Assembly (NCBI GenBank): GCA_964187785.1
Contig: OZ076409.1
Span: 45,448,001-45,512,000 of the forward strand
DNA length: 64,000 nucleotides
DNA from: Amphiscolops sp. MND2022
Taxonomy: Eukaryota
Direction: 5' to 3'
Shown here: positions 49,225 through 64,000 of the stretch, piece by piece
Position numbering within the stretch: position 1 is the first letter of the stretch
How the letters are laid out: every line of letters begins with the position of its first letter
Translations under genes and position numbers: made by a program
The notes under the pieces: generated by a model
Told to the model about the DNA's origin: nothing
What the model saw: the letters and a program-made list of their open reading frames with translations, nothing else
Database searches by the model: none

Positions 49225-52200
49225 GTTTTTGGTTCGATTATAAATCTTTCCACTAATTTTCAAGAAAAATATGGGGACAGAAAAAAACCCTTATTTTAAG
49301 TGCCTTGGAAAGATTTGTGTTCCAGCTGAGTGATTTTTAGCTGAAAGGGGATAACGAGTGAATATACGATCAGCAGTTTGTCGTCCTTTGGGTAGTGGAG
49401 TCTTTTTTCCAGGGGAAGGGTGACCGGGTCTTTTGTTACTCAGCATTGTGGGGCGGCGGCGGTGAGCGAAGGAAGGGAGCAGTTATTGAAATAATGCATT
49501 CACCATTTATTCATTCTGAATAGATAATTACATTTTCAATATATTTTCAAATATTATGTTGATGGATCATTTGAGTTTCAATGATAAATACATTCTTCCT
49601 GTCCAGAATGGCACTTGTGCTGTGAGTGCAAACTTCAATCGGAATGCTAGTTGGATCATCATGACTCCAGAAGAACATTGGCTAAAACTTTCTTTTTCTT
49701 CCGCAATATTTTGGCGATATATGTGCTGTGCATTAGTAAAATAAGCCTTCGAAGCCAAAAAACGGGTTTGTCGGGGGTTTTTGGTTTCGTTTAAAAACGA
49801 CGTATCGTAATAGTAACAGAGTTTTCTTCAGTACCGCCTAAAAGTTTAATTTAATAGTCCTACATGAATGCAATCCATGCTGAAGCAGCGATAATTCGAA
49901 TAGAACCGTTCGAAAGACGAGAGTTTGTTCCATAACTTGACGGAAGTTTTTGTTCATTATATTTTAATTTAGCGTTCGCTGTGATTAGCAAAAGTGATTA
50001 AAAACAACTCGCCAAAAATTCAGATGAGTGACTGACTGTTTTTTAAAGAGGATAACATTTTTTGTATATATACAAAAAACAGGCTTCTTTAAAATTTTTT
50101 CAAACATTATGCGTCCAAACTCTGGAATGACGACTGAAACCGATGAAGATACGCCTAAACACTGGAATAACAGCTGAAACCAATGCGTGCAGTACAATTA
50201 GGTCTTTTTTTACCAAATTTAAGTAAGTTTAGGCGTTATTCCACCACTATAGTGATTTGATCAGAATAACGACTAAAATTTTAAAAAAGGTCCCAACTCT
50301 GGAATAACGACTAAATTCAATGTAGATACGTCTAAACACTGGAATAACGGCAAAAATCAGTGCGTACAGTACAATTAGGCCTTGTTTTATCAAACTAAAG
50401 TGACGTTAGGTGTTAATCTACCACTTTAGTGGTTTTATCAGCATGAAGACTAAAATTAAAGAAAAAAGGTCCAAACACTGGAATAACGGCTAAAATCAAT
50501 TCGTACAGTATAATTAAGCCTTGGTTTGCCTACCTTTAGGTGTTATTCCACCATTCAAGTGGTTTTTCCAAAACAAGGACTAAAATTTAAGAAAAAATGT
50601 CCAAACTCTGGAATAACAACTAAAATCGATGAGGATACGTCTAAACACCGGAAAACAGCTAAAATCAATGCGTACAGTAGAATTAGGCCTTAGTTATTCC
50701 ATTTAGAGTGATTTTAGGCGTTATTCTACCACTACTGTAATTTATCAGAATAAGGACTAAATTTAAAGAAAAAAGGTCCAAACTCTGGAATGACGACAAA
50801 AATCAATGAAGATACGTCTAAACACTGGAATAACGGCAAACATCAAAGCTTACAGTACAATCAGGCCTTGTTTTACCAAATTAAATTGATTTTAGGTGTT
50901 ATTCCGCCACTGAAAAGATTTTTCCAGAACAAGGACTAACATTTAAGAAAAAATGTCCAAACTCTGGAATAACAACTAAAATCAATGAGGATACGTCTAA
51001 ACACCGGAAAACCGCTAAAATCAATGCGTACATTAGAATTAGGCTTAAGTTTATCACATTAAAGCGATTTTAGGCGATTCGACCACAATAGAGATATTAT
51101 CAGAATAAGGACTGAAATTAAAGAAAAAAAGGTTCAAACTCTGGAATGACAACAAAAATCGATGAAGATACGTCAAAACACGGGAAAAACAGCTAACATC
51201 AATGCGTACAGTAGAATTAGGCCTTAGTTTATCCAATTAAAGTGATTTTAGGCGTTTTTCTACCACTACAGTGATTTATCAGAATAAGGACAGTTTTTGG
51301 TTCGATTATAAATCTTTCCACTAATTTTCAAGAAAAATATGGGGACAGAAAAAAACCCTTATTTTAAGTGCCTTGGAAAGATTTGTGTTCCAGCTGAGTG
51401 ATTTTTAGCTGAAAGGGGATAACGAGTGAATATACGATCAGCAGTTTGTCGTCCTTTGGGTAGTGGAGTCTTTTTTCCAGGGGAAGGGTGACCGGGTCTT
51501 TTGTTACTCAGCATTGTGGGGCGGCGGCGGTGAGCGAAGGAAGGGAGCAGTTATTGAAATAATGCATTCACCATTTATTCATTCTGAATAGATAATTACA
51601 TTTTCAATATATTTTCAAATATTATGTTGATGGATCATTTGAGTTTCAATGATAAATACATTCTTCCTGTCCAGAATGGCACTTGTGCTGTGAGTGCAAA
51701 CTTCAATCGGAATGCTAGTTGGATCATCATGACTCCAGAAGAACATTGGCTAAAACTTTCTTTTTCTTCCGCAATATTTTGGCGATATATGTGCTATGCA
51801 TTAGTAAAATAAGCCTTCGAAGCCAAAAAACGGGTTTGTCGGGGGTTTTTGGTTTCGTTTAAAAACGACGTATCGTAATAGTAACAGAGTTTTCTTCAGT
51901 ACCGCCTAAAAGTTTAATTTAATAGTCCTACATGAATGCAATCCATGCTGAAGCAGCGATAATTCGAATAGAACCGTTCGAAAGACGAGAGTTTGTTCCA
52001 TAACTTGACGGAAGTTTTTGTTCATTATATTTTAATTTAGCGTTCGCTGTGATTAGCAAAAGTGATTAAAAACAACTCGCCAAAAATTCAGATGAGTGAC
52101 TGACTGTTTTTTAAAGAGGATAATATTTTTTGTATATATACAAAAAACAGGCTTCTTTAAAATTTTTTCAAACATTATGCGTCCAAACTCTGGAATGACG

Positions 52201-53360
52201 ACTGAAACCGATGAAGATACGCCTAAACACTGGAATAACAGCTGAAACCAATGCGTGCAGTACAATTAGGTCTTTTTTTTACCAAATTTAAGTAAGTTTA
52301 GGCGTTATTCCACCACTATAGTGATTTGATCAGAATAACGACTAAAATTTTAAAAAAGGTCCCAACTCTGGAATAACGACTAAATTCAATGTAGATACGT
52401 CTAAACACTGGAATAACGGCAAAAATCAGTGCGTACAGTACAATTAGGCCTTGTTTCATCAAACTAAAGTGACGTTAGGTGTTAATCTACCACTTTAGTG
52501 ATTTTATCAGCATGAAGACTAAAATTAAAGAAAAAAGGTCCAAACACTGGAATAACGGCTAAAATCAATTCGTACAGTATAATTAAGCCTTGGTTTGCCT
52601 ACCTTTAGGTGTTATTCCACCATTCAAGTGGTTTTTCCAAAACAAGGACTAAAATTTAAGAAAAAATGTCCAAACTCTGGAATAACAACTAAAATCGATG
52701 AGGATACGTCTAAACACCGGAAAACAGCTAAAATCAATGCGTACAGTAGAATTAGGCCTTAGTTATTCCATTTAGAGTGATTTTAGGCGTTATTCTACCA
52801 CTACTGTAATTTATCAGAATAAGGACTAAATTTAAAGAAAAAAGGTCCAAACTCTGGAATGACGACAAAAATCAATGAAGATACGTCTAAACACTGGAAT
52901 AACGGCAAACATCAAAGCTTACAGTACAATCAGGCCTTGTTTTACCAAATTAAATTGATTTTAGGTGTTATTCCGCCACTGAAAAGATTTTTCCAGAACA
53001 AGGACTAACATTTAAGAAAAAATGTCCAAACTCTGGAATAACAACTAAAATCAATGAGGATACGTCTAAACACCGGAAAACCGCTAAAATCAATGCGTAC
53101 ATTAGAATTAGGCTTAAGTTTATCACATTAAAGCGATTTTAGGCGATTCGACCACAATAGAGATATTATCAGAATAAGGACTGAAATTAAAGAAAAAAAG
53201 GTTCAAACTCTGGAATGACAACAAAAATCGATGAAGATACGTCAAAACACGGGAAAAACAGCTAACATCAATGCGTACAGTAGAATTAGGCCTTAGTTTA
53301 TCCAATTAAAGTGATTTTAGGCGTTTTTCTACCACTACAGTGATTTATCAGAATAAGGAC
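49225..53360. repeat. 2068-bp tandem duplication spanning the unique/satellite boundary
   Basis: 49225-51291 recurs at 51293-53360 (ORF pairs 49556/51624 and 49985/52053), almost identical. Confidence 0.95.
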
Positions 53361-56300
53361 TAAATTTAAAGAAAAAAGGTCCAAACTCTGGAATGACGAC
53401 AAAAGTCAATGAAGATACGTCTAAACACTGGAATAACGGCAAACATCTAAGCTTACAGTACAATCAGGCCTTGTTTTACCAAATTAAATTGATTTTAGGT
53501 GTTATTCCGCCACTGAAAAGATTTTTCCAGAACAAGGACTAACATTTAAGAAAAAATGTCCAAACTCTGGAATAATAACTAAAATCAATGAGGATACGTC
53601 TAAACACCGGAAAACCGCTAAAATCAATGCGTACATTAGAATTAGGCTTAAGTTTATCACATTAAAGCGATTTTAGGCGATTCGACCACAAAAGAGATAT
53701 TATCAGAATAAGGACTGAAATTAAAGAAAAAAAGGTTCAAACTCTGGAATGACAACAAAAATCGATGAAGATACGTCAAAACACGGGAAAAACAGCTAAC
53801 ATCAATGCGTACAGTAGAATTAGGCCTTAGTTTATCCAATTAAAGTGATTTTAGGCGTTTTTCTACCACTACAGTGATTTATCAGAATAAGGACTAAATT
53901 TAAAGAAAAAAGGTCCAAACTCTGGAATTACGACAAAAGTCAATGAAGATACGTCTAAACACTGGAATAACGGCAAACATCTAAGCTTACAGTACAATCA
54001 GGCCTTGTTTTACCAAATTAAATTGATTTTAGGTGTTATTCCGCCACTGAAAAGATTTTTCCAGAACAAGGACTAACATTTAAGAAAAATTGTCCAAACT
54101 CTGGAATAACAATTAAAATCAATGAGGATACGTCTAAACACCTGAAAACCGCTAACATCAATGCGTACAATAGAATTAGGCCTAAGTTTATCACACTAAA
54201 GCGATTTCAGGCGATTCGACCACAATAGAGATATTATCAGAATAAGGACTGAAATTAAAGAAAAAAAGGTCCAAACTCTGGAATGACAACAAAAATCGAT
54301 GAAGATACGTCTAAACACCGGAAAAACAGCTAACATCAATGCGTACAGTAAAAGCTGAAACCAATGCGTGCAGTACAATTAGGTCTTTTTTTACCAAATT
54401 TAAGTAAGTTTAGGCGTTATTCCACCACTATAGTGATTTGATCAGAATAACGACTAAAATTTTTAAAAAAGGTCCCAACTCTGGAATAACGACTAAATTC
54501 AATGTAGATACGTCTAAAGACTGGAATAACGGCAAAAATCAGTGCGTACAGTACAATTAGGCCTTGTTTTATCAAACTAAAGTGACGTTAGGTGTTAATC
54601 TACCACTTTAGTGATTTTATCAGCATGAAGACTAAAATTAAAGAAAAAAGGTCCAAACACTGGAATAACGGCTAAAATCAATTCGTACAGTATAATTAAG
54701 CCTTGGTTTGCCTACCTTTAGGTGTTATTCCACCATTCAAGTGGTTTTTCCAAAACAAGGACTAAAATTTAAGAAAAAATGTCCAAACTCTAGAATAACA
54801 ACTAAAATCGATGAGGATACGCCTAAACACCGGAAAACAGCTAAAATCAATGCGTACAGTAGAATTAGGCCTTAGTTATTTCAATTAGAGTGATTTTAGG
54901 CGTTATTCTACCACTACTGTAATTTATTAGAATAAGGACTAAATTTAAAGAAAAAAGGTCCAAACTCTGGAATGACGACAAAAATCAATGAAGATACGTC
55001 TAAACACTGGAATAACGGCAAACATCAAAGCTTACAGTACAATCAGGCCTTGTTTTACCAAATTAAATTGATTTTAGGTGTTATTCCGCCACTGAAAAGA
55101 TTTTTCCAGAACAAGGACTAACATTTAAGAAAAATTGTCCAAACTCTGGAATAACAATTAAAATCAATGAGGATACGTCTAAACACCTGAAAACCGCTAA
55201 CATCAATGCGTACAATAGAATTAGGCCTAAGTTTATCACATTAAAGCGATTTCAGGCGATTCGACCACAATAGAGATATTATCAGAATAAGGACTGAAAT
55301 TAAAGAAAAAAAGGTTCAAACTCTGGAATAACAACTAAAATCAATGAGGATACGTCTAAACACCGGAAAACCGCTAAAATCAATGCGTACATTAGAATTA
55401 GGCTTAAGTTTATCACATTAAAGCGATTTTAGGCGATTCGACCACAATAGAGATATTATCAGAATAAGGACTGAAATTAAAGAAAAAAAGGTTCAAACTC
55501 TGGAATGACAACAAAAATCGATGAAGATACGTCAAAACACGGGAAAAACAGCTAACATCAATGCGTACAGTAGAATTAGGCCTTAGTTTATCCAAATAAA
55601 GTGATTTTAGGCGTTTTTCTACCACTACAGTGATTTATCAGAATAAGGACTAAATTTAAAGAAAAAAGGTCCAAACTCTGGAATGACGACAAAAGTCAAT
55701 GAAGATACGTCTAAACACTGGAATAACGGCAAACATCTAAGCTTACAGTACAATCAGGCCTTGTTTTACCAAATTAAATTGATTTAAGGTGTTATTCCGC
55801 CACTGAAAAGATTTTTCCAGAACAAGGACTAACATTTAAGAAAAATTGTCCAAACTCTGGAATAACAATTAAAATCAATGAGGATACGTCTAAACACCTG
55901 AAAACCGCTAACATCAATGCGTACAATAGAATTAGGCCTAAGTTTATCACATTAAAGCGATTTCAGGCGATTCGACCACAATAGAGATATTATCAGAATA
56001 AGGACTGAAATTAAAGAAAAAAAGGTCCAAACTCTGGAATGACAACAAAAATCGATGAAGATACGTCTAAACACCGGAAAAACAGCTAACATCAATGTGT
56101 ACAGTAAAAGTAGGCCTCGACCAACTTAAAGTATTTTTAGGTGTTGTTCCACCACTGAAGTGATTTTTCCAAAACGAGGACTAAAGTTCAAGAAAAAAGG
56201 TCCAATCTCTGGAATAACAACTAAAATCGATGAGGATACGTCCAAACACGGGAAAACAGCTGAAATCAATGCGTACAGTAGAATTAGGCCTTAGTTTATC

Positions 56301-59300
56301 CAATTAAAGTCATATAAGGCGTTATTCTACCACAACAGTGGTTTATCAGAATAAGGACTAAAAGAAAAGAAAAAAGGTCCAAACTATGGAATGACGACAA
56401 AAATCGATGAAGATACGTCTAAACACCGGAAAACCGCTAAAATCAATGCGTACATTAGAATTAGGCCTAAGTTTATCACATTAAAGCAATTTTAGGCGAC
56501 TCGACCACTTTAGAGATATTATCAGAATAAGGACTGAATTTAAAGAAAAAAGGTTCAAACTCTGGAATGACAACAAAAATCGATGAAGATACGTCAAAAC
56601 ACCGGAAAAACAGCTAACATCAATGCGTACAGTAAAAGTAGGCCTTGACCAACTTAAAGTATTTTTAGGTGTTATTCCTCCACCGAAGTGATTTTTCCAA
56701 AACGAGGACTAAAGTTTAAGAAAAAAGGTCCAAATTCTGGAATAACAACTAAAATAGATGAGGATACGTCTAAACACCGCAAAACCGCTAAAATCAATGC
56801 GTACAATAGAATTTGGCCGAAATTTATCACATTAAAGCGATTTTAGGCGACTCGACCACTGTAGGGATTTTATCGGAGCTGGGACTAAAATTAAAGAAAA
56901 AAGGTCCAAACGCTGGAATGACGACAAAAATCGATGAAGATACGTCTAAACACGGATAACGGCTAACATCAATGCTTACAGTACGATAAGGCCTTGTTTT
57001 ACCAAATTGAAGTGATTTTAGGTGTTATTCCACCACTGAAGTTGTAATTCCAAAACAAGGACCAAAATTAAAGAAAAAAGGTTCAAACTCTGGAATATCA
57101 ACTAAAATCGATGAGGATACGTCTAAACACCGGAAAACAGCTAAAATTAATGCGTACAGTAGAATTAGGCCTTAGTTATTCCAATTAGAGTGATTTTAGG
57201 CGTTATTCTACCACTACTGTACTTTATCAGAATAAGGACTAAATTTAAAGAAAAAAGGTCCAAACTCTGGAATGACGACAAAAATCAATGAAGATACGTC
57301 TAAACACTGGAATAACGGCAAACATCAAAGCTTACAGTACTACAATCAGGCCTTGTTTTACCAAATTAAATTGATTTTAGGTGTTATTCCGCCACTGAAA
57401 AGATTTTTCCAGAACAAGGACTAACATTTAAGAAAAAATGTCCAAACTCTGGAATAACAACTAAAATCAATGAGGATACGTCTAAACACCGGAAAACCGC
57501 TAAAATCAATGCGTACATTGGAATTAGGCTTAAGTTTATCACATTAAAGTGATTTTAGGCGATTCGACCACAATAGAGATATTATCAGAATAAGGACTGA
57601 AATTAAAGAAAAAAAGGTTCAAACTCTGGAATGACAACAAAAATCGATGAAGACACGTCAAAACACGGGAATAACGGCAAACATCTAAGCTTACAGTACA
57701 ATCAGGCCTTGTTTTACCAAATTAAATTGATTTTAGGTGTTATTCCGCCACTGAAAAGATTTTTCCAGAACAAGGACTAACATTTAAGAAAAATTGTCCA
57801 AACTCTGGAATAACAATTAAAATCAATGAGGATACGTCTAAACACCTGAAAACCGCTAACATCAATGCGTACAATAGAATTAGGCCTAAGTTTATCACAT
57901 TAAAGCGATTTCAGGCGATTCGACCACAATAGAGATATTATCAGAATAAGGACTGAAATTAAAGGAAAAAAGGTCCAAACTCTGGAATGACAACAAAAAT
58001 CGATGAAGATACGTCTAAACACCGGAAAAACAGCTAACATCAATGCGTACAGTAAAAGTAGGCCTTGACCAACTTAAAGTATCTTTAGGTGTTGTTCCAC
58101 CACTGAAGTGATTTTTCCAAAACGAGGACTAAAGTTCAAGAAAAAAGGTCCAATCTCTGGAATAACAACTAAAATCGATGAGGATATGTCTAAACACGGG
58201 AAAACAGCTAAAATCAATGCGTACAGTAGAATTAGGCCTTAGTTTATCCAATTAATGTCATATAAGGCGTTATTCTACCACAACAGTGGTTTATCAGAAT
58301 AAGGACTAAAAGAAAAGAAAAAAGGTCCAAACTATGGAATGACAACAAAAATCGATGAAGATACGTCTAAACACCGGAAAACCGCTAAAATCAATGCGTA
58401 CATTAGAATTAGGCCTAAGTTTATCACATTAAAGCAATTTTAGGCGACTCGACCACTTTAAAGATATTATCAGAATAAGGACTGAATTTAAAGAAAAAAG
58501 GTTCAAACTCTGGAATGACAACAAAAATCGATGAAGATACGTCAAAACACCGGAAAAACAGCTAACATCAATGCGTACAGTAAAAGTAGGCCTTGACCAA
58601 CCTAAAGTATTTTTAGGTGTTATTCCTCCACCGAAGTGATTTTTCCAAAACGAGGACTAAAGTTTAAGAAAAAAGGTCCAAATTCTGGAATAACAACTAA
58701 AATAGATGAGGATACGTCTAAACACCGGAAAACCGCTAAAATCAATGCGTACAACAGAATTTGGCTGAAGTTTATCACATTAAAGCGATTTTAGGCGACT
58801 CGACCACTGTAGGGATTTTATCGGAGCTGGGACTAAAATTAAAGAAAAAAAGGTCCAAACGCAGGAATGACGACAAAAATCGATGAAGATACGTCTAAAC
58901 ACGGATAACGGCTAACATCAATGCTTACAGTACACTAAGGCCTTGTTTTACCAAATTGAAGTGATTTTAGGTGTTATTCCACCACTGAAGTTGTATTTCC
59001 AAAACAAGGACCAAAATTAAAGAAAAAAAGTTCAAACTCTGGAATATCAACTAAAATCGATGAGGATACGTCTAAACACCGGAAAACAGCTAAAATCAAT
59101 GCGTACAGTAGAATTAGGCCTTAGTTGTTCCAATTAGAGTGATTTTAGGCGTTATTCTACCACTACTGTACTTTATCAGAATAAGGACTAAATTTAAAGA
59201 AAAAGGTCCAAACTCTGGAATGACGACAAAAATCAATGAAGATACGTCTAAACACTGGAATAACGGCAAACATCAAAGCTTACAGTACTACAATCAGGCC

Positions 59301-62300
59301 TTGTTTTACCAAATTAAATTGATTTTAGGTGTTATTCCGCCACTGAAAAGGTTTTTCCAGAACAAGGACTAACATTTAAGAAAAAATGTCCAAACTCTGG
59401 AATAACAACTAAAATCAATGAGGATACGTCTAAACACCGGAAAACCGCTAAAATCAATGCGTACATTAGAATTAGGCCTAAGTTTATCACATTAAAGCGA
59501 TTTTAGGCGATTCGACCACAAAAGAGATATTATCAGAATAAGGACTGAAATTAAAGAAAAAAAGGTCCAATCTCTGGAATAACAACTAAAATTGATGAGG
59601 ATACGTCTAAACACGGGAAAACAGCTGAAATCAATGCGTACAGTAGAATTAGGCCTTAGTTTATCCAATTAAAGTCATATAAGGCGTTATTCTACCACAA
59701 CAGTGGTTTATCAGAATAAGGACTAAAAGAAAAGAAAAAAGGTCCAAACTATGGAATGACAACAAAAATCGATGAAGATACGTCTAAACACCGGAAAACC
59801 GCTAAAATCAATGCGTACATTAGAATTAGGCCTAAGTTTATCACATTAAAGCAATTTTAGGCGACTCGACCACTTTAGAGATATTATCAGAATAAGGACT
59901 GAATTTAAAGAAAAAAGGTTCAAACTCTGGAATGACAACAAAAATCGATGAAGATACGTCAAAACACCGGAAAAACAGCTAACATCAATGCGTACAGTAA
60001 AAGTAGGCCTTGACCAACTTAAAGTATTTTTAGGTGTTATTCCTCCACCGAAGTGATTTTTCCAAAACGAGGACTAAAGTTTAAGAAAAAAGGTCCAAAT
60101 TCTGGAATAACAACTAAAATAGATGAGGATACGTCTAAACACCGGAAAACCGCTAAAATCAATGCGTACAATAGAATTTGGCCGAAGTTTATCACATTAA
60201 AGCGATTTTAGGCGACTCGACCACTGTAGGGATTTTATCGGAGCTGGGACTAAAATTAAAGAAAAAAAGGTCCAAACGCTGGAATGACGACAAAAATTGA
60301 TGAAGATACGTCTAAACACGGATAACGGCTAACATCAATGCTTACAGTACGATAAGGCCTTGTTTTACCAAATTGAAGTGATTTTAGGTGTTATTCCACC
60401 ACTGAAGTTGTATTTCCAAAACAAGGACCAAAATTAAAGAAAAAAGGTTCAAACTCTGGAATATCAACTAAAATCGATGAGGATACGTCTAAACACCGGA
60501 AAACAGCTAAAATCAATGCGTACAGTAGAATTAGGCCTTAGTTATTCCAATTAGAGTGATTTTTAGGCGTTATTCTACCACTACTGTACTTTATCAGAAT
60601 AAGGACTAATTTTAAAGAAAAAGGTCCAAACTCTGGAATGACGACAAAAATCAATGAAGAGACGTCTAAACACTGGAATAACGGCAAACATCAAAGCTTA
60701 CAGTACTACAATCAGGCCTTGTTTTACCAAATTAAATTGATTTTAGGTGTTGTTCCGCCACTGAAAAGATTTTTCCAGAACAAGGACTAACATTTAAGAA
60801 AAAATGTCCAAACTCTGGAATAACAACTAAAATCAATGAGGATACGTCTAAACACCGGAAAACCGCTAAAATCAATGCGTACATTAGAATTAGGCCTAAG
60901 TTTATCACATTAAAGCGATTTCAGGCGATTCGACCACAATAGAGATATTATCAGAATAAGGACTGAAATTAAAGAAAAAAAGGTTCAAACTCTGGAATGA
61001 CAACAAAAATCGATGAAGATACGTCAAAACACGGGAAAAACAGCTAACATCAATGCGTACAGTAGAATTAGGCCTTAGTTTATCCAATTAAAGTGATTTT
61101 AGGCGTTTTTCTACCACTACAGTGATTTATCAGAATAAGGACTAAATTTAAAGAAAAAAGGTCCAAACTCTGGAATGACGACAAAAGTCAATGAAGATAC
61201 GTCTAAACACTGGAATAACGGCAAACATCTAAGCTTACAGTACAATCAGGCCTTGTTTTACCAAATTAAATTGATTTTAGGTGTTATTCCGCCACTGAAA
61301 AGATTTTTCCAGAACTAGGACTAACATTTAAGAAAAAATGTCCAAACTCTGGAATAACAATTAAAATCAATGAGGATACGTCTAAACACCTGAAAACCGC
61401 TAACATCAATGCGTACAATAGAATTAGGCCTAAGTTTATCACATTAAAGCGATTTCAGGCGATTCGACCACAATAGAGATATTATCAGAATATGGACTGA
61501 AATTAAAGAAAAAAAGGTCCAAACTCTGGAATGACAACAAAAATCGATGAAGATACGTATAAACACCGGAAAAACAGCTAACATCAATGCGTACAGTAAA
61601 AATAGGCCTTGACCAACTTAAAGTATCTTTAGGTGTTATTCCACCACTGAAGTGATTTTTCCAAAACGAGGACTAAAGTTCAAGAAAAAAGGTCCAATCT
61701 CTGGAATAACAACTAAAATCGATGAGGATACGTCTAAACACGGGAAAACAGCTGAAATCAATGCGTACAGTAGAATTAGGCCTTAGTTTATCCAATTAAA
61801 GTCATATAAGGCGTTATTCTACCACAACAGTGGTTTATCAGAATAAGGACTAAAAGAAAAGAAAAAAGGTCCAAACTATGGAATGACGACAAAAATCGAT
61901 GAAGATACGTCTAAACACCGGAAAACCGCTAAAATCAATGCGTACATTAGAATTAAGCCTAAGTTTATCACATTAAAGCAATTTTAGGCGACTCGACCAC
62001 TATAGAGATATTATCAGAATAAGGACTGAATTTAAAGAAAAAAGGTTCAAACTCTGGAATGACAACAAAAATCGATGAAGATACGTCAAAACACCGGAAA
62101 AACAGCTAACATCAATGCGTACAGTAAAAGTTGGCCTTGACCAACTTAAAGTATTTTTAGGTGTTATTCCTCCACCGAAGTGATTTTTCCAAAACGAGGA
62201 CTAAAGTTTAAGAAAAAAGGTCCAATCTCTGGAATAACAACTAAAATCGATGAGGATACGTCTAAACACGGGAAAACAGCTGAAATCAATGCGTACAGTA

Positions 62301-64000
62301 GAACTAGGCCTTAGTTTATCCAATTAAAGTCATATAAGGCGTTATTCTACCACAACAGTGGTTTATCAGAATAAGGACTAAAAGAAAAGAAAAAAAGTCC
62401 AAACTATGGAATGACGACAAAAATCGATGAAGATACGTCTAAACACCGGAAAACCGCTAAAATCAATGCGTACATTAGAATTAGGCCTAAGTTTATCACA
62501 TTAAAGCAATTTTAGGCGACTCGACGACTATAGAGATATTATCAGAATAAGGACTGAATTTAAAGAAAAAAGGTTCAAACTCTGGAATGACAACAAAAAT
62601 CGATGAAGATACGTCAAAACACCGGAAAAACAGCTAACATCAATGCGTACAGTAAAAGTAGGCCTTGACCAACTTAAAGTATTTTTAGGTGTTATTCCTC
62701 CACCGAAGTGATTTTTCCAAAACGAGGACTAAAGTTTAAGAAAAAAGGTCCAAATTCTGGAATAACAACTAAAATAGATGAGGATACGTCTAAACACGGG
62801 AAAACAGCTGAAATCAATGCGTACAGTAGAATTAGGCCTTAGTTTATCCAATTAAAGTCATATAAGGCGTTATTCTACCACAACAGTGGTTTATCAGAAT
62901 AAGGACTAAAAGAAAAGAAAAAAGGTCCAAACTATGGAATGACAACAAAAATCGATGAAGATACGTCTAAACACCGGAAAACCGCTAAAATCAATGCGTA
63001 CATTAGAATTAGGCCTAAGTTTATCACATTAAAGCAATTTTAGGCGACTCGACCACTTTAGAGATATTATCAGAATAAGGACTGAATTTAAAGAAAAAAG
63101 GTTCAAACTCTGGAATGACAACAAAAATCGATGAAGATACGTCAAAACACCGGAAAAACAGCTAACATCAATGCGTACAGTAAAAGTAGGCCTTGACCAA
63201 CTTAAAGTATTTTTAGGTGTTATTCCACCACTGAATTGAATTTTCCAAAACACGGACTAAAATTTCAGAAAAAAGGCCCGAACTCTGGAATAACAACTAA
63301 AATCGATGAGGATACGTCTAAACACCGGAAAACCGCTAAAATCAATGCGTACATTAGAATTTGGCCTTAGTTTATTACATTAAACAGTTTTAGGCGATTT
63401 CACCACTATAATGATTTTATCAGAATTAGGACTAAAAATAAAGGAAAAAGTTCCATACTAATGAATGACGACAAAAATCGATGAAGATACGTCTAAACAC
63501 GAATAGCGGCTAACTTCAATTTTTACAGTACAATAACGCCTTGTTTTACAAAATTAAAGTAATTTTAGGTGTTATACCACCACTGAAGTAATATTTCCGA
63601 AACAAGGACTAAAATTTAAGAAAAAAGGTCCAAATTCTGGAATAACAACTAAAATCGGCGAGGATACGTCTAAACACCGGAAAACAGCTAAAATCAATGC
63701 GTACAGTAGAATTAGGCCTTGTTTTATCAGATAAAAGTGATTTTAGGCGATTCCACCACAATAGTGATTTTATCAGAATAAGGACTAAAAGCAAAGAAAA
63801 AAGGTCCAAACTCTAGAATGACGACAAAAATCGATGAAGATACGTCTAAACACGAATAACGGCTAACATCAATGCTTACAGTACAATAAGGCCTTGTTTT
63901 ACCAAATTGAAGTGATTTTAGGTGTTATTCCACCACTGAAGTTGTATTTCCAAAACAAGGACCAAAATTAAAGAAAAAAGGTTTGAACTCTGGAATGACG
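50111..64000. repeat. ~178-bp tandem satellite array with higher-order structure (runs off the window)
   Basis: GTCCAAACTCTGGAAT recurs every ~177-179 bp, with trimer periodicities of 534 and 528 bp. Interrupted once by the duplicated unique block 51293-52178. Confidence 0.97.

Noticed and set aside
49410..49480. G-quadruplex or promoter in a G-rich patch
   Set aside because: The fourth G-run is separated by a ~20-nt loop, and there is no linked gene.
48461..49843. Kolobok-like element (TTAA-AGGCGGT ... ACCGCCT)
   Set aside because: Only a 7-bp inverted match, and the right-hand TTAA is absent.
50111..64000. CRISPR array or repeated small genes (60-77 aa ORFs)
   Set aside because: Contiguous tandem monomers without unique spacers and no cas genes; the ORFs are by-products of the satellite.

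Overview
AT-rich eukaryotic DNA, most likely from an invertebrate animal (inferred from gene content and GT-AG introns; I cannot name the species). It is dominated by transposable elements and ends in a ~178-bp satellite array (about 50.1-64 kb). Four host genes lie on the + strand: a 3-exon membrane protein with a CxxC...DHQPP...CxxC HNH-like domain, CCDC124 (3 exons), an intronless G-alpha-i-like ORF with no in-frame ATG before its P-loop, and a YTHDF-family m6A reader (2 coding exons). The mobile elements are: an L2 LINE interrupted by nested MITEs and a 952-bp duplication; Helentron-type (DINE-1/HINE-like) elements; decayed CRE-like RLE retroposons; a Copia element with TG...AA LTRs carrying a nested hAT transposon and MITEs; and an RTE-clade LINE. 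The strongest discoveries are (1) an HDV-like ribozyme fold whose predicted cleavage site is exactly the TSD-defined first base of the RTE element, followed in the same 5' ORF by a 2A/StopGo motif (DIESNPGP), and (2) a conserved hairpin-rich core shared by several MITE families with unrelated terminal repeats. All calls are from reading the sequence by eye; no database search was run.
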